From assembly GCA_964358765.1 (NCBI GenBank), contig CAYHPN010000002.1, positions 62,863 to 126,862 on the forward strand: a DNA stretch of 64,000 nucleotides. Direction: 5' to 3'. Of the stretch, positions 1 to 8,251 are shown in pieces. Source of the DNA: Candidatus Woesearchaeota archaeon (GTDB lineage: Archaea; Nanobdellota; Nanobdellia; Pacearchaeales; GW2011-AR1). The translations under genes were made by a program, and so were the position numbers. Every line of letters starts with the position of its first letter. The first letter of the stretch is position 1. The notes beneath the pieces were generated by a model. The model did no database searches and had not been told where the DNA came from. It saw only the letters and a list, made by a program, of their open reading frames with translations.

Positions 1-173
1 AAATCTATACAAGAGAAGAAGAGCAAAAATACGGTGTGCTTGGTATAAGAATTAAACTTGTTCATTAATTTCTTACTATCTGTCCACATTTTTCAAACCA
101 CTAAAATAAATTATCCCACAAAACTGGGCATAATTTATTTAAAGAATTTTAAGAGTGGACACAAATTGATAAA

Positions 174-1175
174 TTATAAACTTTTTCTTGCAACAGTCGT
201 GTATAATTCAGAAACTACTTTAACTTCATTGGGTTTTAGCTCTCTTGCTAAAGCTGAATCATATCTACTAAAGTCGTATCCAACTTCATTATGAAAAAGA
301 TTAGTTTGGGGAGAATGAGAATGCCTACCATTTCTTTTTACTACAACAACGCCTTGATTATTACCAGATTCAATTATTTCATATCCCCCACTAACTAAAT
401 TTCTCTCAATATTCTTTATAAAATATTCATTAAACCCAACTTTTTGAGTATCAATTCCAGATTCTTTTAACCAATCAGAAGCTATTCTTAAAACTTGTTG
501 ATACTCTGGATGATTGTATGCAGTACAGAACATAAATTCTGGATCCTTTACATATCCATCAAACCACCTGATTATTTCTGAATGCTTTGAAACGAAAAAT
601 CCTCTCAATTTATCAATGTCTCCTTTATCAACTAACTGCACACCCCTCCCATGTATTCTGTTGTCTTTTGCATCAATTTCATATAGCGGAAAAGGAATGA
701 CCTCTTGAGTTGAAAATTCATGAAACAGAGTATTTGCTGAACCTTGTAAATCAAGGAAGTGAATTAAATTCCCATCAGGTCTTAAAACTCTTCTAACTTC
801 TCTTAAAGCCTTTCCTAAATCTGCAAACGTGTCGAAAGAAGAGAAACCAGTAACAATATCAAAGGAGCCATCTTCAAAAGGCAATTCATAAACATTTGCA
901 ATTCTTACATTAGATTCCGGGTCTATAACTTTGTTTCCTTCTACTATTTTGGGACTTTGTTCAGTTTGTTGTATTTGTGTTTTGTATTCTGGAGCCAATC
1001 TAACTAGTTCTCCTAATCCGCTGCCTACTTCTAAAATTCTGCCTTTTGGGGGAACATATTTTGCAAAGGTTTGCCTAACTACTTCTGCTGAAGCTTCTCT
1101 AAACAATTCTCTAAAGGGATTGTATGAATTTAGAGTGTCTTGTTCTGTCCACCTTGTCTCAAGCTTATTTTCCAT
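174..1175 (-). CDS. class I SAM-dependent methyltransferase
   Basis: 333-aa ORF. It has the Rossmann motif I ILEVGSGLGEL and later DIVTGFSSFD / LRPDGNL motifs typical of Methyltransf_11-like enzymes. Confidence 0.6.
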   Translation of the reverse strand: MENKLETRWTEQDTLNSYNPFRELFREASAEVVRQTFAKYVPPKGRILEVGSGLGELVRLAPEYKTQIQQTEQSPKIVEGNKVIDPESNVRIANVYELPFEDGSFDIVTGFSSFDTFADLGKALREVRRVLRPDGNLIHFLDLQGSANTLFHEFSTQEVIPFPLYEIDAKDNRIHGRGVQLVDKGDIDKLRGFFVSKHSEIIRWFDGYVKDPEFMFCTAYNHPEYQQVLRIASDWLKESGIDTQKVGFNEYFIKNIERNLVSGGYEIIESGNNQGVVVVKRNGRHSHSPQTNLFHNEVGYDFSRYDSALARELKPNEVKVVSELYTTVARKSL

Positions 1176-1408
1176 ATTAATTTTAGAAATTTCTGACTTT
1201 TAAACCTTTCTATATTTACTATTATTAAGTTACAAATATAAATATTTATCCTATCCCCACTTAGTATAGCAAAGGAGGTGTAATAAGAAGTATAACAAAA
1301 CCTATTACAAATTGTATCATAAACCTTGTTAGAAAAAATGTCATAAAAAGTGTGATAAATAAATTTATAAATTAACAGCAGTTAATAACTTTATAAAAAA
1401 GAGGGAAA

Positions 1409-2485
1409 ATGAAAAAGGTACTAAGAAATTTTGAAGTAGATTATATTCAGATAATGGATGAAAATGGTGAAGTAGATAAGAAACTTATGCCTAAAATAAA
1501 AAACGAAGAAATAAAAAAAATGTATGAACTTATGCTCTTGACAAGAGTATTTGATGAAAAAGCAGTAAAATTACAGAGAATGGGAAGAATTGGAACATAC
1601 CCTGCAGTGAAGGGAGAGGAAGCATGCCAGATTGGTTCTGCAATTCAGCTTGAAAAAGATGATTATGTATTTCCGGCATTTAGAGAGCATGGTGCTTTTA
1701 TTACAATGGGGGTTCCACTATATCAAATATTTCAGTATTGGGGAGGAGACGAAAGAGGAAGTAATTTTCCTAAAGATATTAAGTTGATGCCAGTCTGTAT
1801 TCCAATAGGCAGTCATTTACCTCATGCTGTTGGTGCGGCAATGGCGTTTAATTATTTAAAGAAGAAAAATCTTAGTGTAGTTTATTTTGGAGATGGAGCT
1901 ACTAGTGAAGGAGATTTTCATTCTGCGATGAATTTTGCCGGAGAATATAAAGCACCTACAATATTTATGTGTCAGAATAATCAATGGGCAATTTCTACTC
2001 CTGTAAAAGAACAGACCGCATCTTTTACAATTGCGCAAAAGGCAATTGCATATGGATTTGAAGGAATTCAAATTGATGGAAATGATGTTTTTGCAGTTTA
2101 TAGTGTTTTTAATGATGCAATAAAAAAGGCAAGAAGCGGGGGAGGCCCTACTTTTATTGAATGCTTTACATATAGAATGGGAGATCATACAACTAGCGAT
2201 GATGCAACAAGATACCGAACAGAAAAAGAAGTTAAGGAATGGGAAAAGAAAGACCCGATATTAAGACTGCGAAAATATATGATGAAAAATAAATTATTAA
2301 ATGAAAAAGTAGACGCCGAACTTGTTAAAAAATTTGAAAAACAGGTTGACGATGCTGTAGAGAAATATGAAAAAATAGAGCCTCAGAAAATTGAAGAGAT
2401 CTTTGCTTATACTTATAAAGAAATGACTCAAGAATTGAAAGACGAGCTTGTTAAATTGAAAGAAGATCTTAAAGGGACTGCTTAA
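1409..2485 (+). CDS. pdhA: pyruvate/2-oxoacid dehydrogenase E1 component, alpha subunit (TPP-binding)
   Basis: 358 aa. It carries the TPP motif YFGDGATSEGDFHSAMNFA...CQNNQWAIS and an RBS-like GAGGG upstream. Confidence 0.85.
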   Translation: MKKVLRNFEVDYIQIMDENGEVDKKLMPKIKNEEIKKMYELMLLTRVFDEKAVKLQRMGRIGTYPAVKGEEACQIGSAIQLEKDDYVFPAFREHGAFITMGVPLYQIFQYWGGDERGSNFPKDIKLMPVCIPIGSHLPHAVGAAMAFNYLKKKNLSVVYFGDGATSEGDFHSAMNFAGEYKAPTIFMCQNNQWAISTPVKEQTASFTIAQKAIAYGFEGIQIDGNDVFAVYSVFNDAIKKARSGGGPTFIECFTYRMGDHTTSDDATRYRTEKEVKEWEKKDPILRLRKYMMKNKLLNEKVDAELVKKFEKQVDDAVEKYEKIEPQKIEEIFAYTYKEMTQELKDELVKLKEDLKGTA

Positions 2486-2565
2486 AAATATTCTAAACTA
2501 TCATTATCAACTATAACATTATTAGTTCTGGGCAGAGAAAATGCAGATTTATTTAAATTTTATAC

Positions 2566-3012
2566 TTACGCCTTCCTAAAGTTATTTGTTAGAAATTTCT
2601 CTTCATAAGCTATGTGCTCCTGGAATTTATCTAGAAACATTTTCCCATCTGTTTCTAAGGCAGTCTGTAATTCTAAATCTGATTTGTTCTTAATGTAACC
2701 TATAATAACTTTCCAATGCCCCCTTAGATTTTTATGATCTGTAATTATTGTTTTATGATATGGGAAGTCATTATCTAATGTTGAAATAGTTTTGAAAAAA
2801 TTCTCTTCTTTTTCTTCATGCTGTGACCAGAAAGACTCAAATTTTCTTAATAAAGCTAGTAAAGTTTGACGATTAATTTTATCTTTAATAGAAGATTCAA
2901 TCTCTTTAAGAAAGTTTTTTATGACAACATGCTCCTCTTTAATCACCTTAATCGGATGCATAACGTGGAATGATGAGTAAAGTATATAAAACTTATGAAT
3001 TTTTGTTTTCAA
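2566..3012 (-). CDS. hemerythrin-like (HHE cation-binding) protein; probable true start at 2961
   Basis: Repeated H/E-rich helices (EEHVVIK, WSQHEEKEE, DHKNLRGHW, QEHIAYEEKF). The first 17 codons overlap the RT stop, so the internal ATG at 2961 (MHPIKV...) is more plausible. Confidence 0.4.
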   Translation of the reverse strand: MKTKIHKFYILYSSFHVMHPIKVIKEEHVVIKNFLKEIESSIKDKINRQTLLALLRKFESFWSQHEEKEENFFKTISTLDNDFPYHKTIITDHKNLRGHWKVIIGYIKNKSDLELQTALETDGKMFLDKFQEHIAYEEKFLTNNFRKA

Positions 3013-4079
3013 ATCTGAGATTTCTTCATAATAATTTTTATTATTGAATGTTTAATTTGTTTTCTTAGTTTGTAAGTATTCGCCCATTTAGCATAAGCTT
3101 GCCAACCCTGTAAAGTTTCCGATAATCTCTTCAAAGTAATTTTATCATATTCGAATGATAAGATTTTATTTTGTATTTTTCTTATATTTCTTTTTCTTAA
3201 TAATTTGAAATGGTAAAAATTTCTAAAACCTACAAAATCAACTCCTTTTGATAAAGATATTGTCTTTGATTTATCTTGATGAAGCTGAATTTTTAGTTTT
3301 CCTTTAAGAAATTTGCCTATTTCTATTTTCCATTTTTCTAACTGCTCTATTGATTCATTTAGAATAACAAAATCATCTACATATCTAATATAATACTTAG
3401 ATCTTAAATTATGTTTAACAAAATAATCTAATTCGTTTAGATAGACGTTTGCGAAAAATTGAGAGGTTAAGTTTCCTAATGGCATTCCAATTTTTTTTTG
3501 CTTTTCATTTATTAATCCATTTTCTAAAATCTTTTTGATTAAAATAATTACTTTGTTGTCTTTTATTTTTTTGTTGATTATTTGAATGAGAATTTCTTGA
3601 TCTACTTCATTAAAATAATGCCTTATGTCTGCCTTTAAACAATAACCTTTAATTTGGTTATTAGTGAACTGCCCATTAATTTTTCCATTTTTAGATACTT
3701 TTCTTATAAATTTGTCAAATCTCTTTATTGGAAATAAAGTTCCCTTGCCTTTTCTGTTTGCACATGAATCATAAATAAAGGTTTTATCAAAAATTGGTTC
3801 TAGGATATTCACAATTGCGTGGTGAACAACTCTGTCTCTGAAATGTGATTTTGAAATAACTCTTGTTTTTGGATCTCTTAGGATAAATGTTTTAAGAGGC
3901 AAGGGTTTGTAAATCTCGCTTAACAATTCTTCTCTTAAAATTGTGAGATTTATTTCTAGATTTTTCTCAAATTCAAGAACATAATTTTTGAGAGTTTTTC
4001 CAATTCTGGCCTTTTTATATGCTAATTCTAAATTGCCTAGAGATATTATTTTTGAATATAGATTTTTGTAGGTTTTCAT
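3009..4079 (-). CDS. DGR-type reverse transcriptase
   Basis: Catalytic YVDD box (YIRYVDDFVIL). Motif 4 reads MPLGNLTSQFFANVYL, the LGxxxSQ signature of DGR RTs, rather than the group II QGxxxSP. The N-terminus MKTYKNLYSKIISLGNLELAYKKARIGK is typical. The track ORF extends to 4211 only because it reads through the TR. Confidence 0.85.
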   Translation of the reverse strand: MKTYKNLYSKIISLGNLELAYKKARIGKTLKNYVLEFEKNLEINLTILREELLSEIYKPLPLKTFILRDPKTRVISKSHFRDRVVHHAIVNILEPIFDKTFIYDSCANRKGKGTLFPIKRFDKFIRKVSKNGKINGQFTNNQIKGYCLKADIRHYFNEVDQEILIQIINKKIKDNKVIILIKKILENGLINEKQKKIGMPLGNLTSQFFANVYLNELDYFVKHNLRSKYYIRYVDDFVILNESIEQLEKWKIEIGKFLKGKLKIQLHQDKSKTISLSKGVDFVGFRNFYHFKLLRKRNIRKIQNKILSFEYDKITLKRLSETLQGWQAYAKWANTYKLRKQIKHSIIKIIMKKSQI

Positions 4080-4102
4080 TGAAGTAAAAGCCATAAGCTG
4101 AG

Positions 4103-4188
4103 CCATTCTACCATTGCCATTGGAGTTATCAAGATCGTCCCTATTGGAGTTAAGATTCAAGTTCCTGTTGAGGTAAACACCATGAAGG
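4103..4188 (-). repeat. DGR template repeat (TR)
   Basis: 86 bp, aligning without gaps to 4627-4712. The coding (minus) strand is rich in AAY codons (it would read YLNRNLNLNSNRDDLDNSNGNGRM). It lies 23 nt upstream of the RT start codon. Confidence 0.85.
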
Positions 4189-4280
4189 CAACTTCTTAGC
4201 CCATTAACCATTTATTTTTATCCTTAAGTTTATCTAATTATTTTGTTTTCTGTTTTAAGGACTCGACACCATCAAAACAT

Positions 4281-4317
4281 ATGTCAAGAACTATTCGAGT
4301 TCTTGAGCACACAAGAT
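4281..4317 (-). repeat. family A structured element copy (in the DGR VR-TR spacer)
   Basis: Minus strand reads GTGTGCTCAAGAACTcgaatAGTTCTTGACAT. The same TCAAGAAC / GTTCTTGACAT arms occur at 24151, 35221 and 63750. Confidence 0.6.
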
Positions 4318-4588
4318 TTGGTAAACCAAATGCTTGATGTTTCAATTTTACTTTACTTAATGCGGTGATTGAATTTTACTGGCTTTGCAATGTCAAAAAA
4401 AAACAAAGCACTATTAATGGACGTGTGGCCCAGCCATTTTATATGGCTAGGAGTATTAGAATGAAAATCAAGTTTTTATTCTTTTCCTTTAATTATTTCT
4501 GATCCTATTTCTAAAGCTCTTTGATATCTTTCTCTAACCTCATCTAATTCTGCTTCTTGTTTTCTTTGCATTTCTGCAATATAACTGC

Positions 4589-5350
4589 CTAAGAATTTTT
4601 TTGCGTGGCCTGGCCACTAACAACCACCACCCTACCATCGCCATCGGAGTCATCAAGATCGACCCTATGGGAGCCAAGAACCAAGTACCCGCTGAGGAAA
4701 ACACCATTAAGGTCTGAATTACCTTTGTAATGATGTCTATTGCCTTGGCCTAAATTTTTAGGCAATCCTGTTTGTTCATCAATATCAGTAGAATTGAAAT
4801 TGCCTTCTTTATCTAATATAGGTGCATAAATTAAACTTGCGTTTTCTCCCAATTTAAATGATAATCCATGAGGAGAAGCTTGATCTGTTTGCAATTCTAG
4901 CCCAGCTAATGGAATCATTATTGGAGTTTTTATTTTTGGTTGTCTTTGTTTAACTTGATCATAAAGGACCTTAGCAAGATAAGAATTTGGTTTATCTGTG
5001 TTTCTTAAAACTAAAGCTGAATCTTCATAAGTTACATTCAATGACAATGCCTTTGTCTTAAGAATATTCTCTAAATCTGCAGGGGTTGCAACTCTTAATC
5101 CTTGCTCAGCAACAATTTGATTCATTAAAACTACTGCGAAAAGATTTGATCCGGTTACTTTTTCCCCATCGTAATTTAGAACATTTAATGCTTTATTTCC
5201 ACTATAATCTAATTTTACCCTCGCTTTATATTCTTCTAAAGCTCTTTTGCCGAAATCTCCGACTAGAAAATTCGCCTGTGAAATAAATCTTGGAACCTCA
5301 ATAAGAGGTTTTCCGACAAAATTTGGAAATGTTTTTGTTTCGCTTGCCAT
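4589..5350 (-). CDS. DGR variable (target) protein with a C-terminal VR
   Basis: 253 aa. The VR encodes FLSGYLVLGSHRVDLDDSDGDGRV near the C-terminus. The internal GLRVATPADLENIL resembles the (W/Y)RLPTxxELE motif of DUF1566 / FGE-type C-type-lectin-fold DGR targets. Confidence 0.75.
   Translation of the reverse strand: MASETKTFPNFVGKPLIEVPRFISQANFLVGDFGKRALEEYKARVKLDYSGNKALNVLNYDGEKVTGSNLFAVVLMNQIVAEQGLRVATPADLENILKTKALSLNVTYEDSALVLRNTDKPNSYLAKVLYDQVKQRQPKIKTPIMIPLAGLELQTDQASPHGLSFKLGENASLIYAPILDKEGNFNSTDIDEQTGLPKNLGQGNRHHYKGNSDLNGVFLSGYLVLGSHRVDLDDSDGDGRVVVVSGQATQKNS
4605..4617 (-). promoter_or_regulatory. GC-rich hairpin 9 nt downstream of the VR (candidate DGR target-recognition hairpin)
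   Basis: GTGGCCAGGCCAC on the minus strand, a near-perfect palindrome and the most GC-rich spot locally. Its position just 3' of the VR matches the hairpin/cruciform known from the Bordetella phage DGR. Confidence 0.5.
4627..4712 (-). repeat. DGR variable repeat (VR)
   Basis: 86 bp inside the last ~40 codons of ORF 4589-5350. It has 16 mismatches to the TR, 15 of them where the TR coding strand has A. Confidence 0.85.
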
Positions 5351-5504
5351 GAATTCAGTAGAAAACTAGCATATTTAAATCTTTCTATTTTGTTACTACT
5401 ATTAAGTTTTATTAAGTTTTTCGAAAAGCTTAAATATCATTGTGTATCATTATAAGTAGGATTCTTTCAAGAATTCTTATTAAATTAAAAAAATTTTAAA
5501 TAAA

Positions 5505-5759
5505 ATGGAAATAGAAGCAATAACAAGGAAATGGGGGAATTCAATCGCTGTAATTATTCCTAATGATTTTGTTATTAAAGAAGGCATTAGAGAAAATCAA
5601 GCAATTAAGATAGAGGTTAAGAAAAAGAAACCTAAAGCAGGGGTTTTATTTGGATTTGCAAAAGATTGGAAAAGACCAACCCAAGAAATAAAAGATGAAA
5701 TGAGACAAGGATGGATGAGTAAATCAGATAGGGAAGAAGAGAAAACGTGGAGGAAATAG
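5505..5759 (+). CDS. vapB: AbrB/MazE-fold antitoxin (VapB-like)
   Basis: RKWGNSIAVIIPNDFVIKEGI is a SpoVT/AbrB swapped-hairpin motif. The ORF overlaps the downstream PIN gene by 13 nt. Confidence 0.65.
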   Translation: MEIEAITRKWGNSIAVIIPNDFVIKEGIRENQAIKIEVKKKKPKAGVLFGFAKDWKRPTQEIKDEMRQGWMSKSDREEEKTWRK

Positions 5760-6121
5760 TTTATTTTTTTGATAGTTATGCAATAATTGAAATTTTAAAA
5801 GAAAATAAAAATTTCGAAAAATATGTGAACGAGACTGCGACAATAACGATTTTTAACTTGGCAGAAATATATTGGGCCGCACTTAGAGATTTTGATGAAG
5901 AGAAAGCTAATGAGATTTATGAACAATATAAAGAGGCAGTTGAAGAGATTGATGATGAAACTCTAAAAGAAGCAGTAAAATTTAGAAAAGAACATAAAAA
6001 ACAAGATTTGTCATATACTGATTGCATCGGTTATATTTATGCAAAAAGAAATGGAATGACATTTTTAACAGGAGATAAGGAATTTGAGCAAATGAAAAAT
6101 GTTGAATTTGTAAAAAAGTAA
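5747..6121 (+). CDS. vapC: PIN-domain toxin (VapC-like)
   Basis: Acidic PIN residues sit in FFDSYA, TDCIGY and LTGDKEF. The protein is 124 aa. Confidence 0.65.
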   Translation: MEEIVYFFDSYAIIEILKENKNFEKYVNETATITIFNLAEIYWAALRDFDEEKANEIYEQYKEAVEEIDDETLKEAVKFRKEHKKQDLSYTDCIGYIYAKRNGMTFLTGDKEFEQMKNVEFVKK

Positions 6122-6124
6122 AAA

Positions 6125-7132
6125 TTAAATTTGACCAACCAGCCAATTTTCAAGTTCTTCCAGATGATCCTTTGAACTGGAATGGGAGATTTTTAGATTA
6201 TTTATTGCTTTCTTAATTGATTCTTTATCATAACTAATATCTTTAAATGAAGATTCTAATGAATGAATTAAATCTGTATCTAGAGCATCTGAAAACACTT
6301 TTGCTGTTTCTACCTTGTTACCTTTAACATTTAGATGTATGTCCAGACATGCCCAAGAAAGTCTTTCTTCTAAATGATGAGTAAACTCCAAGGTTTCTCC
6401 TAAACGCCAAGAGTCGCTTTTTAACAAATTGTAATAATCCGATAATTCTTTTATTTGTGCTAATTTATTATGATCTAGAAGTTCTATATCTTTTTCTGAA
6501 TTATGAAAAGTAAAAAACTCTTGAATTATTGCATTTGAAAGCGATTCATAGGATATACTATTATTAAATTCCTTTAAATTTTCAACTCTGGAACGAACGG
6601 ATGTAGTTCCTTTTGCCTGAAGCTTTTTAGGAGAAGGAGTTAAATAATTTTGAAGTTCTTCTAAATTTACATGCATCATCAAAGTTCCGTGATGAAACGC
6701 TCTATCTGGTTTTTCCTTGAATGCACTTCCTGAAACTTTTTTTCCGTCAACTAGAATATCATTTCTCCCAGATTTTTCTGTCGAGATATTAAACTTTTTT
6801 AATGCATTTATTATAATCTGAAAATTCTTGTTTTTATCATAGTTATCTTTAGAAGAAAGAAAGGTAAAATTCATGTTGCCTAGATCTTGGAAGACTGCTC
6901 CACCACCTGAATGTCTTCTAACAAGGTTTATCTTGCTCTCTTGCATTTTATTTAAATTGCATTCTGCATGGGGATTTTGATTTCTTCCTATAATAACTGA
7001 ACGATCGTTTTGCCAGAGAAATAAAATTTCTTGATTAGGTTCTAAATCATTGAAAATCCAGTCTTCTATTGCTAAATTCAGATAGGGATCGTGTGTTGTT
7101 GAAATAAAACATTTTGCTGATTTAGTTTCCAT
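6125..7132 (-). CDS. lplA: lipoate-protein ligase A
   Basis: RRHSGGGAVFQDLGNMNFTF and GRNDILVDGKKVSGSA motifs; 335 aa. Confidence 0.85.
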   Translation of the reverse strand: METKSAKCFISTTHDPYLNLAIEDWIFNDLEPNQEILFLWQNDRSVIIGRNQNPHAECNLNKMQESKINLVRRHSGGGAVFQDLGNMNFTFLSSKDNYDKNKNFQIIINALKKFNISTEKSGRNDILVDGKKVSGSAFKEKPDRAFHHGTLMMHVNLEELQNYLTPSPKKLQAKGTTSVRSRVENLKEFNNSISYESLSNAIIQEFFTFHNSEKDIELLDHNKLAQIKELSDYYNLLKSDSWRLGETLEFTHHLEERLSWACLDIHLNVKGNKVETAKVFSDALDTDLIHSLESSFKDISYDKESIKKAINNLKISHSSSKDHLEELENWLVGQI

Positions 7133-7201
7133 ATGGAAACAATTATTAGTTAATATTTAAATAATACTGAATATACCTTATAAAATAAAAAGAGAGGAAG
7201 A

Positions 7202-8182
7202 ATGGCAAAACTGAATATTATTGAAGCGATAAATCTTGCCCTAAAGCAGGAAATGAAAAGAGATAAAAATATAATTCTAATGGGGGAGGATGTTGGAGAG
7301 GATGGGGGAGTATTTAGGGTTACTGATGGATTGTATAAATTATATGGAAATGATAGGGTGCTTGATACGCCCTTAACCGAGCAGGGAATAATTGGAACTG
7401 CTATTGGTATGTCTATAGTTGGACTGAAACCAATTTGTGAAATACAATTTGAGGGTTTTATTTATACCGCGGTTGATCAAATAATAAATCACTTGGCTAG
7501 AATAAGAAATAGAACGAGAGGAAAATTTAATTGTCCAATTGTTATAAGATGCCCAATAGGCGGAGGAATTAAAGCACTTGAGCATCATTCTGATTCTCCT
7601 GAAAGTCTTTTTATTCATATGCCTGGAATAAAAGTTATATTGCCTTCAACACCTTATGATGCCAAAGGATTACTAATTGCTGCTATAAGAGACCCCGATC
7701 CAGTAATATTTTTTGAACCTAAGAAAATTTACAGAGCTATTAAAGAGGAAGTTCCAGAAGAAGATTATATTGTAGAGATTGGAAAGGCTAAAATAAGAAA
7801 AGAAGGAAAGGATGTAACTCTTATTACTTATGGTTCTTCTGTAAAAACAGCAATGGAAGCAGTTGAACATATGTCTGGAATTGATGTTGAGGTAATTGAT
7901 TTAAGAACACTGTCGCCTCTAGATGATAAGACGATAATTGAATCTGTGAAAAAAACAGGGAAAGTTGTTATTGTTCATGAAGCTGTTAAGACTTTAGGAC
8001 TAGCGGCTGAAATAATTGCAAGAATAAATGAAAAGGCATTTTATAGTTTAGAAGCACCAATTGAAAGAGTAACTGCTCCGGATATAATTGTTCCATTGCC
8101 AAAAAACGAGGATAAGTATATGATTAATCAGCAGAAGATTATTAATGCTGTGAATAGGGTTATAGAGAATTCAAAAAAGTAG
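7202..8182 (+). CDS. pdhB: pyruvate/2-oxoacid dehydrogenase E1 component, beta subunit
   Basis: Transketolase-like pyrimidine-binding and C-terminal domains (GEDVGEDGGVFRVT, DTPLTEQGIIG, FEPKKIYR, DLRTLSPLD). Confidence 0.85.
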   Translation: MAKLNIIEAINLALKQEMKRDKNIILMGEDVGEDGGVFRVTDGLYKLYGNDRVLDTPLTEQGIIGTAIGMSIVGLKPICEIQFEGFIYTAVDQIINHLARIRNRTRGKFNCPIVIRCPIGGGIKALEHHSDSPESLFIHMPGIKVILPSTPYDAKGLLIAAIRDPDPVIFFEPKKIYRAIKEEVPEEDYIVEIGKAKIRKEGKDVTLITYGSSVKTAMEAVEHMSGIDVEVIDLRTLSPLDDKTIIESVKKTGKVVIVHEAVKTLGLAAEIIARINEKAFYSLEAPIERVTAPDIIVPLPKNEDKYMINQQKIINAVNRVIENSKK

Positions 8183-8251
8183 AACTTGAATTCTCTAATT
8201 GGACAATTCAAAAAAACAAGATTGAATTGTCCATAGGAGTAATGCGAAGAA

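Noticed and set aside
4080-4211. N-terminal 44 codons of the track ORF 3009-4211 (MVNGLRSCLHGVYLNRNLNLNSNRDDLDNSNGNGRMAQLMAFTS)
   Set aside because: This stretch is the TR read in the VR frame. It is Asn-rich because of the AAY design, not because it is part of the RT. The RT-like sequence starts at MKTYKNLY (ATG at 4079).
3009-4588. Group II intron interpretation of the RT locus
   Set aside because: Only ~48 nt separate the RT stop from the next gene, so there is no room for domains V and VI. I found no GUGYG 5' end or domain V-like hairpin. The RT has LGNLTSQ instead of the group II QGxxxSP motif. The adjacent adenine-specific repeat pair explains the locus as a DGR.
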